Below are positions 9,297 through 18,832 of a stretch of 64,000 bases of DNA, in pieces. Both the position numbers and the translations under genes were made by a program. Origin of the DNA: Clostridia bacterium (GTDB taxonomy: Bacteria > Bacillota > Clostridia > UMGS1883); contig JAFVPB010000015.1 in the NCBI GenBank assembly GCA_017505525.1, positions 26 to 64,025 of the forward strand, written 5' to 3'. Under the pieces are notes generated by a model. It worked only from the letters and a program-made list of their open reading frames with translations. It was not told the origin of the DNA and ran no database searches. Positions within the stretch are counted from its first letter, which is position 1. Each line of letters begins with the position of its first letter.

Positions 9297-10098
9297 TATC
9301 GGTTATATAGGCATCGTATGTTTTGTTGTTAAATTCAGGTATCGCCCCTAAGTTAGCCATTGCTGTTTTGCAAGTATCTTTAAGAGTGAGAGTATATACA
9401 CCTGCGTTTTCTGTTCCTGAATAATCCTTCAAATGTAAAATTATATCCTTAACACTTTCCACACTTAACGGACTATAAGAAATTGATAAATTTCTTCCTA
9501 TCTCACCCTCAAACCTTACATTTTTCAATGAACTGCAAACACTGAATGCAGATTCAAAATGAGTATCAGCGTTTGAACGAATTAGCTCAATAGTGTGTAA
9601 TTTACCACACCTTGCCCAAGTATAATAGTAGTAGCCTGCGGGCATCCCTACATCTTCAAATTCTTCTAACGCAGTGCAATAATGACATATTTGTCGGTTT
9701 CCCAGTTGATGAGTGGTTTGACTAATATTAAATTTATCTGTATTTATATTTGAGAAATCAAAATATTTTTTCTCAACCTTTTTAATATAGCTGTTGTAAT
9801 GAAACATATAGGCATACGATGGAATGTTGTCAGCAGTAGCACAACCACGAGGCACTATCTTACGATTAGGTCTTATACATTCATCTGTAAAACCAATAAA
9901 AGCATAGGCATACCAATTTCTTTCGCCATTCTGTGTAAATTTATCCCAAAAGGCATTCTGCTCGTCTGTTCTGCCTTTATCATAAACCTCATTTATTCCA
10001 TTTGCCATACCATCAAGGCTCAGTGCCTCTGTGCCGCCTGTTTTAGAGCGGATATTATCCGCAATAACCGTCATTTTTTCATTAAATTTCATTACCAT
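9277..10098 (-). CDS. phage protein with BspA-type leucine-rich repeat
   Basis: One BspA-like LRR, 'FESAFSVCSSLKNVRFEGEI'. It lies between the tail-fibre and lysis genes. Confidence 0.4.
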   Translation of the reverse strand: MVMKFNEKMTVIADNIRSKTGGTEALSLDGMANGINEVYDKGRTDEQNAFWDKFTQNGERNWYAYAFIGFTDECIRPNRKIVPRGCATADNIPSYAYMFHYNSYIKKVEKKYFDFSNINTDKFNISQTTHQLGNRQICHYCTALEEFEDVGMPAGYYYYTWARCGKLHTIELIRSNADTHFESAFSVCSSLKNVRFEGEIGRNLSISYSPLSVESVKDIILHLKDYSGTENAGVYTLTLKDTCKTAMANLGAIPEFNNKTYDAYITDIGWNLA

Positions 10099-11120
10099 TC
10101 ACCTCCTGAAATAGCATTTTCAACGTAGCACTTTACTTCCTCTATCTCCTGAGTTGTAAAATAGTCCACCCCTTTTATAGGGGCATCTCCCTTAACTTTT
10201 CCCACATTGAATGATGAAAGATTTTCTCCGAGGTTTAAAATCAACTCGCCGTTTTCATTAAGACTCACCCCGGGAGGATTCTCTTCGTCGGGATAGTGCA
10301 CCCATAAATCGCCGTTTTCATCCACCGAGAAAGAATAAAATCCGTTTACGGGCACAATTGCACCACCTAAACCCTGCTCGCCTCTTTCTCCCTTATCTCC
10401 TTTTTCGCCCTTATCACCTTTTTCACCCTGGATGCCTTGCTCTCCCTGTATGCCCTGAATGCCCTGTTCGCCTTTTTCACCTTTATCGCCTTTTGAAGCA
10501 ATCATAAGCCAGTAGTTTTCATTCTCTGGCGAAACTCCTTTGCATTCTTTTATACAAACAAAGCATCTTCCTTTGTAAACTGCTTTATTGTTTTTTTCGT
10601 AGAAATACTCTTCATCGTATTCATCCCAAACGTTCATTGAATCAGAAAGCTTTTTTATTTCTTCATTTGCATCTGCAAGCTTTTTTGAAACCTTTGGCAT
10701 AATTTCCTCTATTTCCTGCTGAAGCTGAAGCGTTTGGCTTGGAGTTGGCTCGCAAATATTTAAGCCCCCTTCGCTTTCACTTACAAAAAGAGTATCACGC
10801 ACACTTTTCAGAATTTTTGTTGGAGCGGCACTGTAGTATCCCTCCACAGTAAAAGAACACCATCCCGTTTCCTTTGTTGCTTCGGGAGGAATTTTTGTTT
10901 CATATATAAGGTTGTTCTCTTGGGCATTTGGTTTAAGAACAACACTTACCGCATTTTCGCCCTTAGCATCGCGCCATATAATTCTTTTGCCAAAGCCAAG
11001 CCAGCTCTCATCAAAAGTTATTTCTACATTTTGTGAATTCCCACTGCCTGCCGCACCTGCATTCTTGTTATTTTTTTCAACAAACTGCCCATTTATTTTT
11101 ATTTTTATGGTGTTATTCAT
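10092..11120 (-). CDS. collagen-like repeat tail fibre protein
   Basis: About 17 consecutive G-X-Y triplets ('GDKGEKGEQGIQGIQGEQGIQGEKGDKGEKGDKGERGEQG') flanked by non-collagenous domains. A 'caggagg' RBS precedes the start. Confidence 0.7.
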   Translation of the reverse strand: MNNTIKIKINGQFVEKNNKNAGAAGSGNSQNVEITFDESWLGFGKRIIWRDAKGENAVSVVLKPNAQENNLIYETKIPPEATKETGWCSFTVEGYYSAAPTKILKSVRDTLFVSESEGGLNICEPTPSQTLQLQQEIEEIMPKVSKKLADANEEIKKLSDSMNVWDEYDEEYFYEKNNKAVYKGRCFVCIKECKGVSPENENYWLMIASKGDKGEKGEQGIQGIQGEQGIQGEKGDKGEKGDKGERGEQGLGGAIVPVNGFYSFSVDENGDLWVHYPDEENPPGVSLNENGELILNLGENLSSFNVGKVKGDAPIKGVDYFTTQEIEEVKCYVENAISGGEW

Positions 11121-11132
11121 CTTGTCCTCCTG

Positions 11133-11166
11133 TAAAATTTTAAAAAAATCCCCGTGATAAATTTAT
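11133..11166 (-). terminator. rho-independent terminator of nfnAB
   Basis: A CCCCGTGATAAatttaTCACGGGG hairpin followed by T-rich sequence on the minus strand. Confidence 0.6.
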
Positions 11167-11188
11167 CACGGGGATTTGATAATTTATT

Positions 11189-12586
11189 TTAATTATTCTG
11201 TTTTTTGATATAGTCGTCAATCGCTTTTGCTGCTTTCTTTCCTGCGCCCATTGCAAGAATAACTGTTGCTGCGCCTGTTACGGCATCTCCGCCTGCATAA
11301 ACGCCCTCGCGGCTGGTCTGCCCAAATTCTCCGTCGGTTACAATACAACCGCGCTTGTTCGTTTCGAGACCGGGAGTGGTTTTTCTTATTAAAGGATTGG
11401 GACTTGTGCCTATCGACATTATCACCGTATCAGCTTCTAGCACGAATTCGCTTCCCTCTATCTCGCAGGCTTTTCGTCTTCCACTTTCATCAACTTCGCC
11501 AAGCTCCATAGAAATGCAACGCATAGCACATACATCGCCGTTATCATCACCAAGAATTTCCACAGGGTTTGTAAGCGTTTTAAAGATAATTCCCTCTTCA
11601 ATCGCGTGCTCAACTTCCTCTTTTCTTGCGGGGAGCTCGTCCATAGAACGGCGGTATACAATATAAACCTCGTCCGCGCCGAGACGAAGAGCACTTCTTG
11701 CGGCATCCATCGCCACGTTTCCACCGCCTACCACACAAACCTTTTTGCCCTTTTTAATAGGTGTTTTCGAATTGGGCAGATACGCCTTCATAAGGTTAAT
11801 TCTTGTTAAATATTCATTGGCACTGTAAACACCTTTAAGTGCTTCACCCTTAATATTCATAAACCTTGGAAGTCCTGCACCGCTTGCAATGTAAACCGCC
11901 TCAAATCCGTTTTCAAAAAGCTCGTCTACGGTTATGATTTTTCCAATAACCATATTGGTCATAATATTTACGCCCATTTTCTTAAGCTTTTCTATTTCGC
12001 TGTTTACTATATCCTTTGGAAGACGGAATTCAGGAATTCCGTAAACCAGCACGCCACCTGCAGTATGAAGTGCTTCAAAAACTGTTACCTCGTATCCGAG
12101 ACGTGCAAGATCACCTGCCGCGCTTAATCCCGATGGGCCGCTTCCTATTATTGCAACCTTGTGTGAATTCGATTCTATCTTTTCTGTTTCATTTCCACTA
12201 TGCTCTCTGTGATAATCGGCTACAAATCTTTCAAGTCTACCTATAGCTACACTTTCACCTTTAATTCCTCTCACACAAACACTTTCACACTGAGTTTCCT
12301 GAGGGCAAACTCTTCCGCAAACTGCGGGAAGCGCACTCGAACGGGAAATGATTTCATAAGCGCCCTCCATATCTTCGTTTGCAACCCTTTCAATAAACTC
12401 AGGAATATCAATTCTTACAGGGCACATTGAAGTACATGGCTTATTCTTACAATTCAGGCAACGCCTTGCCTCTTCTACTGCCATCTCGAAGCTGTAGCCC
12501 TCACTGACTTCTTTAAAATTGCTTTTTCTGACACTTGCATCCTGCACAGGCATAGGGCATCTTTTTGGATTCATATTTCTTTCCAT
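11189..12586 (-). CDS. nfnB: NADH-dependent reduced ferredoxin:NADP+ oxidoreductase subunit B (glutamate synthase small-chain-like, SudA/GltD family)
   Basis: Two [4Fe-4S] cysteine clusters near the N-terminus ('CLNCKNKPC', 'CPVRIDIPEF', 'CGRVCPQETQCES') and FAD/NAD Rossmann motifs ('VAIIGSGPSGL', 'VCVVGGGNVAMD'). The start is trimmed to the ATG at 12586, which follows a GGGGG RBS and leaves a 1-nt gap to the nfnA stop. Confidence 0.85.
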   Translation of the reverse strand: MERNMNPKRCPMPVQDASVRKSNFKEVSEGYSFEMAVEEARRCLNCKNKPCTSMCPVRIDIPEFIERVANEDMEGAYEIISRSSALPAVCGRVCPQETQCESVCVRGIKGESVAIGRLERFVADYHREHSGNETEKIESNSHKVAIIGSGPSGLSAAGDLARLGYEVTVFEALHTAGGVLVYGIPEFRLPKDIVNSEIEKLKKMGVNIMTNMVIGKIITVDELFENGFEAVYIASGAGLPRFMNIKGEALKGVYSANEYLTRINLMKAYLPNSKTPIKKGKKVCVVGGGNVAMDAARSALRLGADEVYIVYRRSMDELPARKEEVEHAIEEGIIFKTLTNPVEILGDDNGDVCAMRCISMELGEVDESGRRKACEIEGSEFVLEADTVIMSIGTSPNPLIRKTTPGLETNKRGCIVTDGEFGQTSREGVYAGGDAVTGAATVILAMGAGKKAAKAIDDYIKKQNN

Positions 12587-12587
12587 A

Positions 12588-13430
12588 TTACTGTGCCCCC
12601 TTTTTAAGAAGATTGCAGTTTTCTTCACGCTTCATATTTTCCGCTCTTTTATACATTGTGCCACGGCTGATAGCTTCATCGAAATCCACAAGATGTCCGT
12701 CGAAATCAGGTCCGTCAACGCAGGCAAACTTAGTTTCTCCACCAACCGTAAGGCGGCAGCCTCCGCACATTCCTGTCCCGTCAATCATTATTGGATTCAT
12801 CGATACAGTTGTTTTAATATTATATTTTTTTGTAACAGCACAAACAAACTTCATCATCATAAGAGGGCCTATTGCAAACACTTCATCATATTTATTACCC
12901 TCACAAATCAGCTTTTCAAGAGCCTCGGTAACAAGTCCTTTTTCTCCGTAGCTTCCATCGTCTGTCATAATTTTAAATGTTTGGCTTACGTTTTTAAATT
13001 CCTCTTCTAAAATTACAAGGTCTTTGTTTCTGAATCCCGCAACAGTGTGAACAGTACATCCGTTTTCATATAGTTTTTTTGCAACGGGGAAAGCTATCGC
13101 CGAGCCTACTCCACCGCCTACAACACAAACCTTTTTCAGATTGTCAAGCTTTGTGGGCGAGCCAAGAGGCCCCACAAAATCGCAGATGCTTTCTCCCTTC
13201 CCCAAAGAATTAAGCTCCATCGTTGCCTGCCCGATAACCTGAAAAATTATAGTTACGGTTCCGTTCACCTTATCACTGTCAGATATTGTAAGCGGCACAC
13301 GCTCTCCATCGGGCGTAGCACGAAATATTATAAACTGCCCCGGCTGTGCTTTTTTAGCTATAAGCGGTGCGCTTACCACTATTTTTGTAACACTGGGGTT
13401 AAGTGAAGTTTTTTCAATAATTTCAAACAT
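12588..13430 (-). CDS. nfnA: ferredoxin-NADP+ reductase subunit A (PyrK-like FAD/[2Fe-2S] subunit, SudB family)
   Basis: A PyrK-like fold with 'VCVVGGGVGSA' and a C-terminal 2Fe-2S motif 'CGGCRLTVGGETKFACVDGP'. It is tightly coupled to nfnB. Confidence 0.85.
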   Translation of the reverse strand: MFEIIEKTSLNPSVTKIVVSAPLIAKKAQPGQFIIFRATPDGERVPLTISDSDKVNGTVTIIFQVIGQATMELNSLGKGESICDFVGPLGSPTKLDNLKKVCVVGGGVGSAIAFPVAKKLYENGCTVHTVAGFRNKDLVILEEEFKNVSQTFKIMTDDGSYGEKGLVTEALEKLICEGNKYDEVFAIGPLMMMKFVCAVTKKYNIKTTVSMNPIMIDGTGMCGGCRLTVGGETKFACVDGPDFDGHLVDFDEAISRGTMYKRAENMKREENCNLLKKGAQ

Positions 13431-13532
13431 AAGTTTCTGTCCTTTCGAGTATAAACCTACTCTACATTATACAAAAAACCTCGCCTTAACGCAAGTGGTA
13501 TTTTTAATTTGAAAAGACAACTTTCTTCCTCT

Positions 13533-14717
13533 TTAGTCCTTAACACGTAAATTGGGTGAAAGATTTAAGATTTTGGCACTTTCAGAATCAAGATATCCAA
13601 GCGTTTTCCACTTATCAAGTGCTATTTTAATTTTATCGAGTTTTTCTTTATACTCACGGTCTTTTTGAGAATCTTCCTCGTCTTTAAGTATTTTCTTCAG
13701 TGCCAAATCATAATCACTAAGATATTCTGCCTTTTCGTTTTCAAATTTATCAAGCGAAAGATTATACTCTCTGTCTTCCACTTCCTTTTTGCGTTCTGTT
13801 TCACTTTTATATCGTTCGTTCTCAAGCTCTTTCTCGCTTTTGTATCTTTCATTTTCGAGCTCTTTTTCACTTACGTATCTTTCTTCTTCGATTTCTCTTT
13901 CCTTCCTGTATTTTTCGTCTTCCAGCGAATCAATAAACTTTTTATAATCAAATTCACGGTCTTTTTCAAAGCTCTCTACTCTGTCGAGATATTTTTCATA
14001 TTCGTTTTCTGAAAGAGTATTAAGTGCTTCAAGTTCTTTAAAGTCATTGCTTACAGAATCAAGATACATATCATAGTTCAAAGAGTAAAGCTCGGGAATA
14101 ATATCGGCAACCTTTGAATTATAGTAATCTGCCGCACTGAGTGCCGCACCAGCAGCATAGCTGCTTACGTTGCCGCCCGTGTTTACGGAAAGCTTACCCA
14201 AAATGTCCTCCATACTGCGCTCTCCCTCACGAAGATAGGCTTCTTTATAATATTTATAAATATCGTCCTCAAAGGGATTATACGAAAATTCTTTCCTCTT
14301 TAATATCTTATTTAAGAGGTTGTTTATATCTTTTGAGTAGCTGTTTTTATATTCTTCTCTTTTTCCGCTTGTTCTGAAATCGTCTGCACCCATTATATAT
14401 TTTACTGCCTCATCATACACATCGTCGTAAGCGTAATGTATAAGGCCTTCGGTACCGCTTGCTTTTTTCACTCGCTTTTTAAGAGTTTTTGAAACCGTAT
14501 CTCTTGATGCACCGCTGTTCATCTGCTTTTTCAGCACAACACTGTAGTCGGTATCATCAAGCCAGCCTGAGTACCTGTTTGTTTTTTCATAATCAAGGCC
14601 TTCACTGTCGATTTTTTCGTTACGTGTTTTTTCAAGCTTTGCCGCCGTAACATAGTCGCCTTTTTTTACCGCCTCATTAATTTGTTCTTGATAATCGGTA
14701 TCTTTATTATAGCTCAT
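13533..14717 (-). CDS. hypothetical phage structural protein, D/E/K/Y-rich with tandem repeats
   Basis: Low-complexity charged protein with repeated '...ERYKSEKELEN...' units. It sits in the phage late operon. Confidence 0.4.
   Translation of the reverse strand: MSYNKDTDYQEQINEAVKKGDYVTAAKLEKTRNEKIDSEGLDYEKTNRYSGWLDDTDYSVVLKKQMNSGASRDTVSKTLKKRVKKASGTEGLIHYAYDDVYDEAVKYIMGADDFRTSGKREEYKNSYSKDINNLLNKILKRKEFSYNPFEDDIYKYYKEAYLREGERSMEDILGKLSVNTGGNVSSYAAGAALSAADYYNSKVADIIPELYSLNYDMYLDSVSNDFKELEALNTLSENEYEKYLDRVESFEKDREFDYKKFIDSLEDEKYRKEREIEEERYVSEKELENERYKSEKELENERYKSETERKKEVEDREYNLSLDKFENEKAEYLSDYDLALKKILKDEEDSQKDREYKEKLDKIKIALDKWKTLGYLDSESAKILNLSPNLRVKD
13793..13893 (-). repeat. imperfect ~33-bp tandem repeat (x3) inside CDS 13533-14717
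   Basis: Three successive ~33-nt units encode the repeated ERYKSEKELEN-like peptide. Confidence 0.5.
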
Positions 14718-14892
14718 TTTCTCCCCCCTCGTAAATTCTGGTTTTACTTGTGTTTATTTCTATGATATTTGAACTGTCGAGATGCGTAAGTATATACTTC
14801 AGCTCTTCTTCGTTCGCTCTCAGGTAATTTTCTATTACCCTTATTTTTTCTTCGGTGCTTTTATCCTGTAAATCTGAAAGTGAATGAAACAT
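14707..14892 (-). CDS. hypothetical small phage protein
   Basis: The likely start is the ATG (MFHSLSDLQ) after an 'agaggag' RBS. Confidence 0.3.
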   Translation of the reverse strand: MFHSLSDLQDKSTEEKIRVIENYLRANEEELKYILTHLDSSNIIEINTSKTRIYEGGENEL

Positions 14893-14905
14893 TTTTTCTC
14901 CTCTT

Positions 14906-16677
14906 CTACACAATAAATTCGCGTACTATTGATAAGATATTGCATCGTCCTCTGCCCGAAATCCTAAGCATCATTTCGTGGCATTTTCCTACGCCAATGG
15001 GAATTGTGATATGTTCTTTATTTTTTCCGTAACGCACCATAATTTGCTCCCACGTGCCGTTATCTCTTTTTATTTCGACCTTTATCCATGAGTTTTCAAA
15101 AAGCTCAGCAGATACCCACATTTTAGTATATTTCTTTTTAAGATGATAAAACTCTCTGAAAGGCTGAAGCGTTACAAACCACTCATCGTCTGTGCAGTCC
15201 TCCTCTGAAAAACGGTAGAGCCCGCAATCGTCTATTGCATATAGCTCTCCGTTGTGATAAGAAAATGCCTTTATTTTGGTATTGCCACAGATTGACCACA
15301 ACGATTTTTTCATATCATAAGCAAACAGCTTCCTGCCATCCGTTGTGTCGGCGGCAAGATAATATATTTTCCCATTAGTGCCACCGGAGCAGTTTTCCAT
15401 TTTTATATTTTCAATTTTCCCCGAAATCAAACTTGGAAGACCTCCGCAAAAAGAGTAAACACCGCCAATTCCTGAATAAAAAATTTCCGACCCGATGTTT
15501 ACAAGGCTGTTTTTTCCGTGTGCATCTATCCCGCTCCCTATGCTTTCCACAAGCTGAAAATTAGATGGTTTATCCCCATAAAGCTTAAAAATGGAATCGC
15601 TTTTAAAGAAAACGCAATAATTTCCATAAGAAACACACGCGTTAAAATCTTCCCTTGAATTCGCACTCACGCTGTAGCTATCGGTAGAAAGCATTCTGTA
15701 GACAAAGAAATTATACGGATCACCAAGTTTCGAAGCATAAATGGTATTTTTTTCGCACCCCCACAGTCTGTTATTGTGCACGCACACACACGAAAAATCA
15801 GGTATTTTTCTCTTCACTGTAATTTTTCCTGTTTCCTGAGCCTCACTGAGTGCTTCCTCTTCAAAAACAAGTGTATGGTCCCCTACTTCCTTTACCACAA
15901 GAATTTTATTATTTGCTTCATTTTCGCATCCCGAAATTTCAATGCCATCGCCTTTTCTTATTTTTGAAAAAACATTTTCGTATTCATTTCTTAACGTATA
16001 AAGATAAGTTTTCAGCGTATATTTGCCTGCATCATCTTTTTTTGATGAAAGCACTTTTCTGTACTGACTGTATGTACACTTATCTTTAATTATTGTTCCT
16101 GGTAAAATTTCCTCTGCGAATACAGGGGCATATGTTCCGAGTTTTATGCTTCCTTCCGTTATTTCCGCCGAAGAATAAACTGAAAGTTTTTCATTTTCAA
16201 AAAACACAAGCTCATCTTCCACAACATCTGTAACCCATTTTTCTTCAGGAACAGATACAGAGTTTAACCCAAATCTTACTGTGGTATCTGAAAAAGTGTA
16301 TTCCGCCTCTAAGCTTTCAAAAACTTTTGTTTCCGTATTATAGCAAACCTTGTCGGGGAAAATTAAAATCATATTTCCCATTACGGCAATTTCCTTTTCT
16401 CCCGAAGTCAAATTTCCAACCTTTTCTTTCCCATAGAATAAGGCTCCGCTATCTATAACGCATTCCTTTTGCGAAAAAGCAATGCCCTGCGGTGATTTAT
16501 AAAATTCATCCCTGATAAGCTTGTTTGATTGTGTTAAAAAAGGAAAGTTTTTATGCGAGATTCCGCTGCACTCCCTTATCTCGCCCTCTAAGTAATTGTT
16601 TGTAGTATTAAGGCCTCCAAAACCCGATATTTCTTTTTTATATTTTCTGGTTTGTAAAATATTAGGTAGCTTCATTT
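14906..16677 (-). CDS. phage structural protein (putative tail/adsorption apparatus component)
   Basis: 590 aa from the ATG at 16677 (MKLPNILQ) after an 'aaaggag' RBS. The position in the late operon is the only evidence; no motif was recognised. Confidence 0.4.
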
Positions 16678-16685
16678 TTTCTCCT

Positions 16686-17036
16686 TTAAATTCTGATTTC
16701 GCACTGTGGAGGAATATGTGTGCGGATATAGTTTTTTCTGAATTCCTCGTATGCACGCATAAACATCGCAGCACTAACGGCATAAGATGCCGTTTCTCCA
16801 CTGTGAAAATCTCCCATTGCAATAATATAAAGCTCGTAAATGTTGTCGTACGGAGCTTTTGCTAAAAGCTCCGTTTCTCCGCTATCCGGAAATTCATATT
16901 TTTTGAACTGAGGTAAATGCATAGTTTCAAGTGCAATTTTTCCGTCGAGTTCGCTTATCCATTCTGACTTTTGTTCGTCGGTAAATGTATCGGGATGCAG
17001 CCTCATTGCCCTTTCAATAGCCTTATTAATTGTCAA
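16686..17036 (-). CDS. hypothetical phage protein
   Basis: The ORF overlaps its neighbours in the late operon. Confidence 0.35.
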   Translation of the reverse strand: MTINKAIERAMRLHPDTFTDEQKSEWISELDGKIALETMHLPQFKKYEFPDSGETELLAKAPYDNIYELYIIAMGDFHSGETASYAVSAAMFMRAYEEFRKNYIRTHIPPQCEIRI

Positions 17037-18135
17037 TCAGAATGCACTCCTTCCACTTTTCTCCATCGAAAATATAAATTCCGTTCTTTTCTTCACAAAG
17101 CTTTACTGCATGATCAGAATTAAATTCAGCATTTTCAACTAAGGTATCACCGCTTAAAACAAACATCGGTCGGTAGCCGTTTTTTTCCGTAGCTTTTACG
17201 CTTTCAAGTTCTCCCTGACTGTTAATTATTGCATTATTACTGCTGTAGAGACCTCTTGTCCAGTAAGCAGAGTATGTTCCGCCTGTAACCATTGCCCTTT
17301 TGGAATTTAGCGCGAAATACTCAAATTCTCCAAGTTCAACGCTTGTTGGCAGAAAAACCCTTCTTTTCCCTGTGCTTTTAACATCTATTTTCACAATCTT
17401 ATTCAAAAGATTTTTGCCTAGAAAACTTACATAGATTGATTCAAGAAACAAATCTGCAGTAGATAAAGCATACTCTGTTTTTCCCGCTCTGTCGAAGCAC
17501 ACTTCTTCGGGAAGAATTTCGTTTCTTAAAAGTGCAACCATTCCGTTACCTGTGTAATTCTTATCCACGATTATATAAGGGGTTTCAACTCCGTTTTCCA
17601 TAACAATCAGCTTGGTTCCCGTTTCCTGTTCTCCCAGCGTGATAGAGCTTTCTTTTTTTGTACTTATAAATACATCTCCGATGCGGGCATCTTCGGGAAA
17701 GCTTGGGGCAACAGCAATATTTCTTACACACAACTCTTCTTCATCCACAGAATAAGCTTTTACTTTTCCTGTGAATTCCCCGCCGTTTTTCTTCATAGCA
17801 TTATCAAAAAGTGAATCTGCATACTGAAACACATCGCATTTTTTCTCGTTTGAGTCGTATATAGATGAAATCATATCTCCCAGAGCATCTTTCCCTTTTT
17901 CCCCTTTGGGAATAAAAAAAGTTAAAAGAGGGTTTTTTATGTTGCTTGAATCAATTTCAACTCTTGCGTTCTCGTTATCTTCCACTGTAATTATTTCCTT
18001 TATGGAAAACACCGGAGTATATCCACTTACACCCTGTGCTCCCTGCACACCTCTTTCCCCTTGTGCACCTCTTTCGCCCGAACTTCCTGCTTCACCTTTT
18101 TCGCCTTTTATTCTTCCAAGATTAAAGCTTGCCAT
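17026..18135 (-). CDS. phage protein with N-terminal collagen-like G-X-Y repeats (head or tail fibre)
   Basis: N-terminus 'GEKGEAGSSGERGAQGERGVQGAQGVSGYTP', followed by a globular domain. Confidence 0.5.
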   Translation of the reverse strand: MASFNLGRIKGEKGEAGSSGERGAQGERGVQGAQGVSGYTPVFSIKEIITVEDNENARVEIDSSNIKNPLLTFFIPKGEKGKDALGDMISSIYDSNEKKCDVFQYADSLFDNAMKKNGGEFTGKVKAYSVDEEELCVRNIAVAPSFPEDARIGDVFISTKKESSITLGEQETGTKLIVMENGVETPYIIVDKNYTGNGMVALLRNEILPEEVCFDRAGKTEYALSTADLFLESIYVSFLGKNLLNKIVKIDVKSTGKRRVFLPTSVELGEFEYFALNSKRAMVTGGTYSAYWTRGLYSSNNAIINSQGELESVKATEKNGYRPMFVLSGDTLVENAEFNSDHAVKLCEEKNGIYIFDGEKWKECILIDN

Positions 18136-18147
18136 AAAATCAACTCC

Positions 18148-18411
18148 TTAAATCTTTCTGGCTTCAGCTTCGGCAAAAAATTCGCTTGATTTGTTATCCA
18201 TAAGTCTTGCTGTTTTAATATCCTGTCGCATTGAATTTTCTAAAACATCGGCAAACTTCTTTTTGATTTTAACCTTCTTGCCTCTCTGAATAACACAGCT
18301 TTCCCCGTTTACTGCCACAAATACATTATCCTTATAATCCTTGTTATCCCTGAAAAGCTCTATTTCGACCAAAGCTTCCTTTTCTTTTGATTTCATATTT
18401 TTTGCTGCCAT
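18148..18411 (-). CDS. hypothetical phage protein (head-associated?)
   Basis: 87 aa, immediately downstream of the major capsid gene, with an 'aggaaagga' RBS. Confidence 0.35.
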   Translation of the reverse strand: MAAKNMKSKEKEALVEIELFRDNKDYKDNVFVAVNGESCVIQRGKKVKIKKKFADVLENSMRQDIKTARLMDNKSSEFFAEAEARKI

Positions 18412-18566
18412 TTTTTACATCCTTTCCTGTTTTTACTTTCCCTTAGTTTTTTTGCAGGGGCGGACACCCTCACATTTCCGCAAAATACAGATCCCACGGG
18501 CGGATGTAGGCATCCGCCCCTACAATTAATAATTAAATCAGTTTTTACTGAAAAATATTTTTAAAG

Positions 18567-18830
18567 TTCCAAGTGATTTAAACATCCTCTTACCAGAAGA
18601 GGATAGGAGAAATTGCTTGAAACGGACAAACTGAGCCAAGCTATGCTTGGGTTACCCGAAGGCGTACACAGGTACGCCGAGAGGCGAAGTTTGTTCGTAG
18701 CAAAAGGCTTAATAATAAAGAAAAATCGAATTCAGTGAGATTTTTCAACCAAAACACAATGTTTCATTACTTTGCGCTTATTTCTTTATATCTATCTTTG
18801 CCTTTTGCGTTCCAAGTAATTTAAACATCC
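18567..18830 (+). repeat. interspersed structured element, copy 2
   Basis: Flanked by 21-bp direct repeats 'TTCCAAGTRATTTAAACATCC' (18567-18587 and 18810-18830). It carries the 5' module 'ATAGGAGAAATTGCTTGAAACGGACAAACTGAG' and the 3' module 'GAGGCGAAGTTTGTTCGTAGCAAAAGGCTTAATAATA...GAAAAATCG..GATTTTTC...GCCTTTTGCG'. Confidence 0.6.
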
Positions 18831-18832
18831 CC

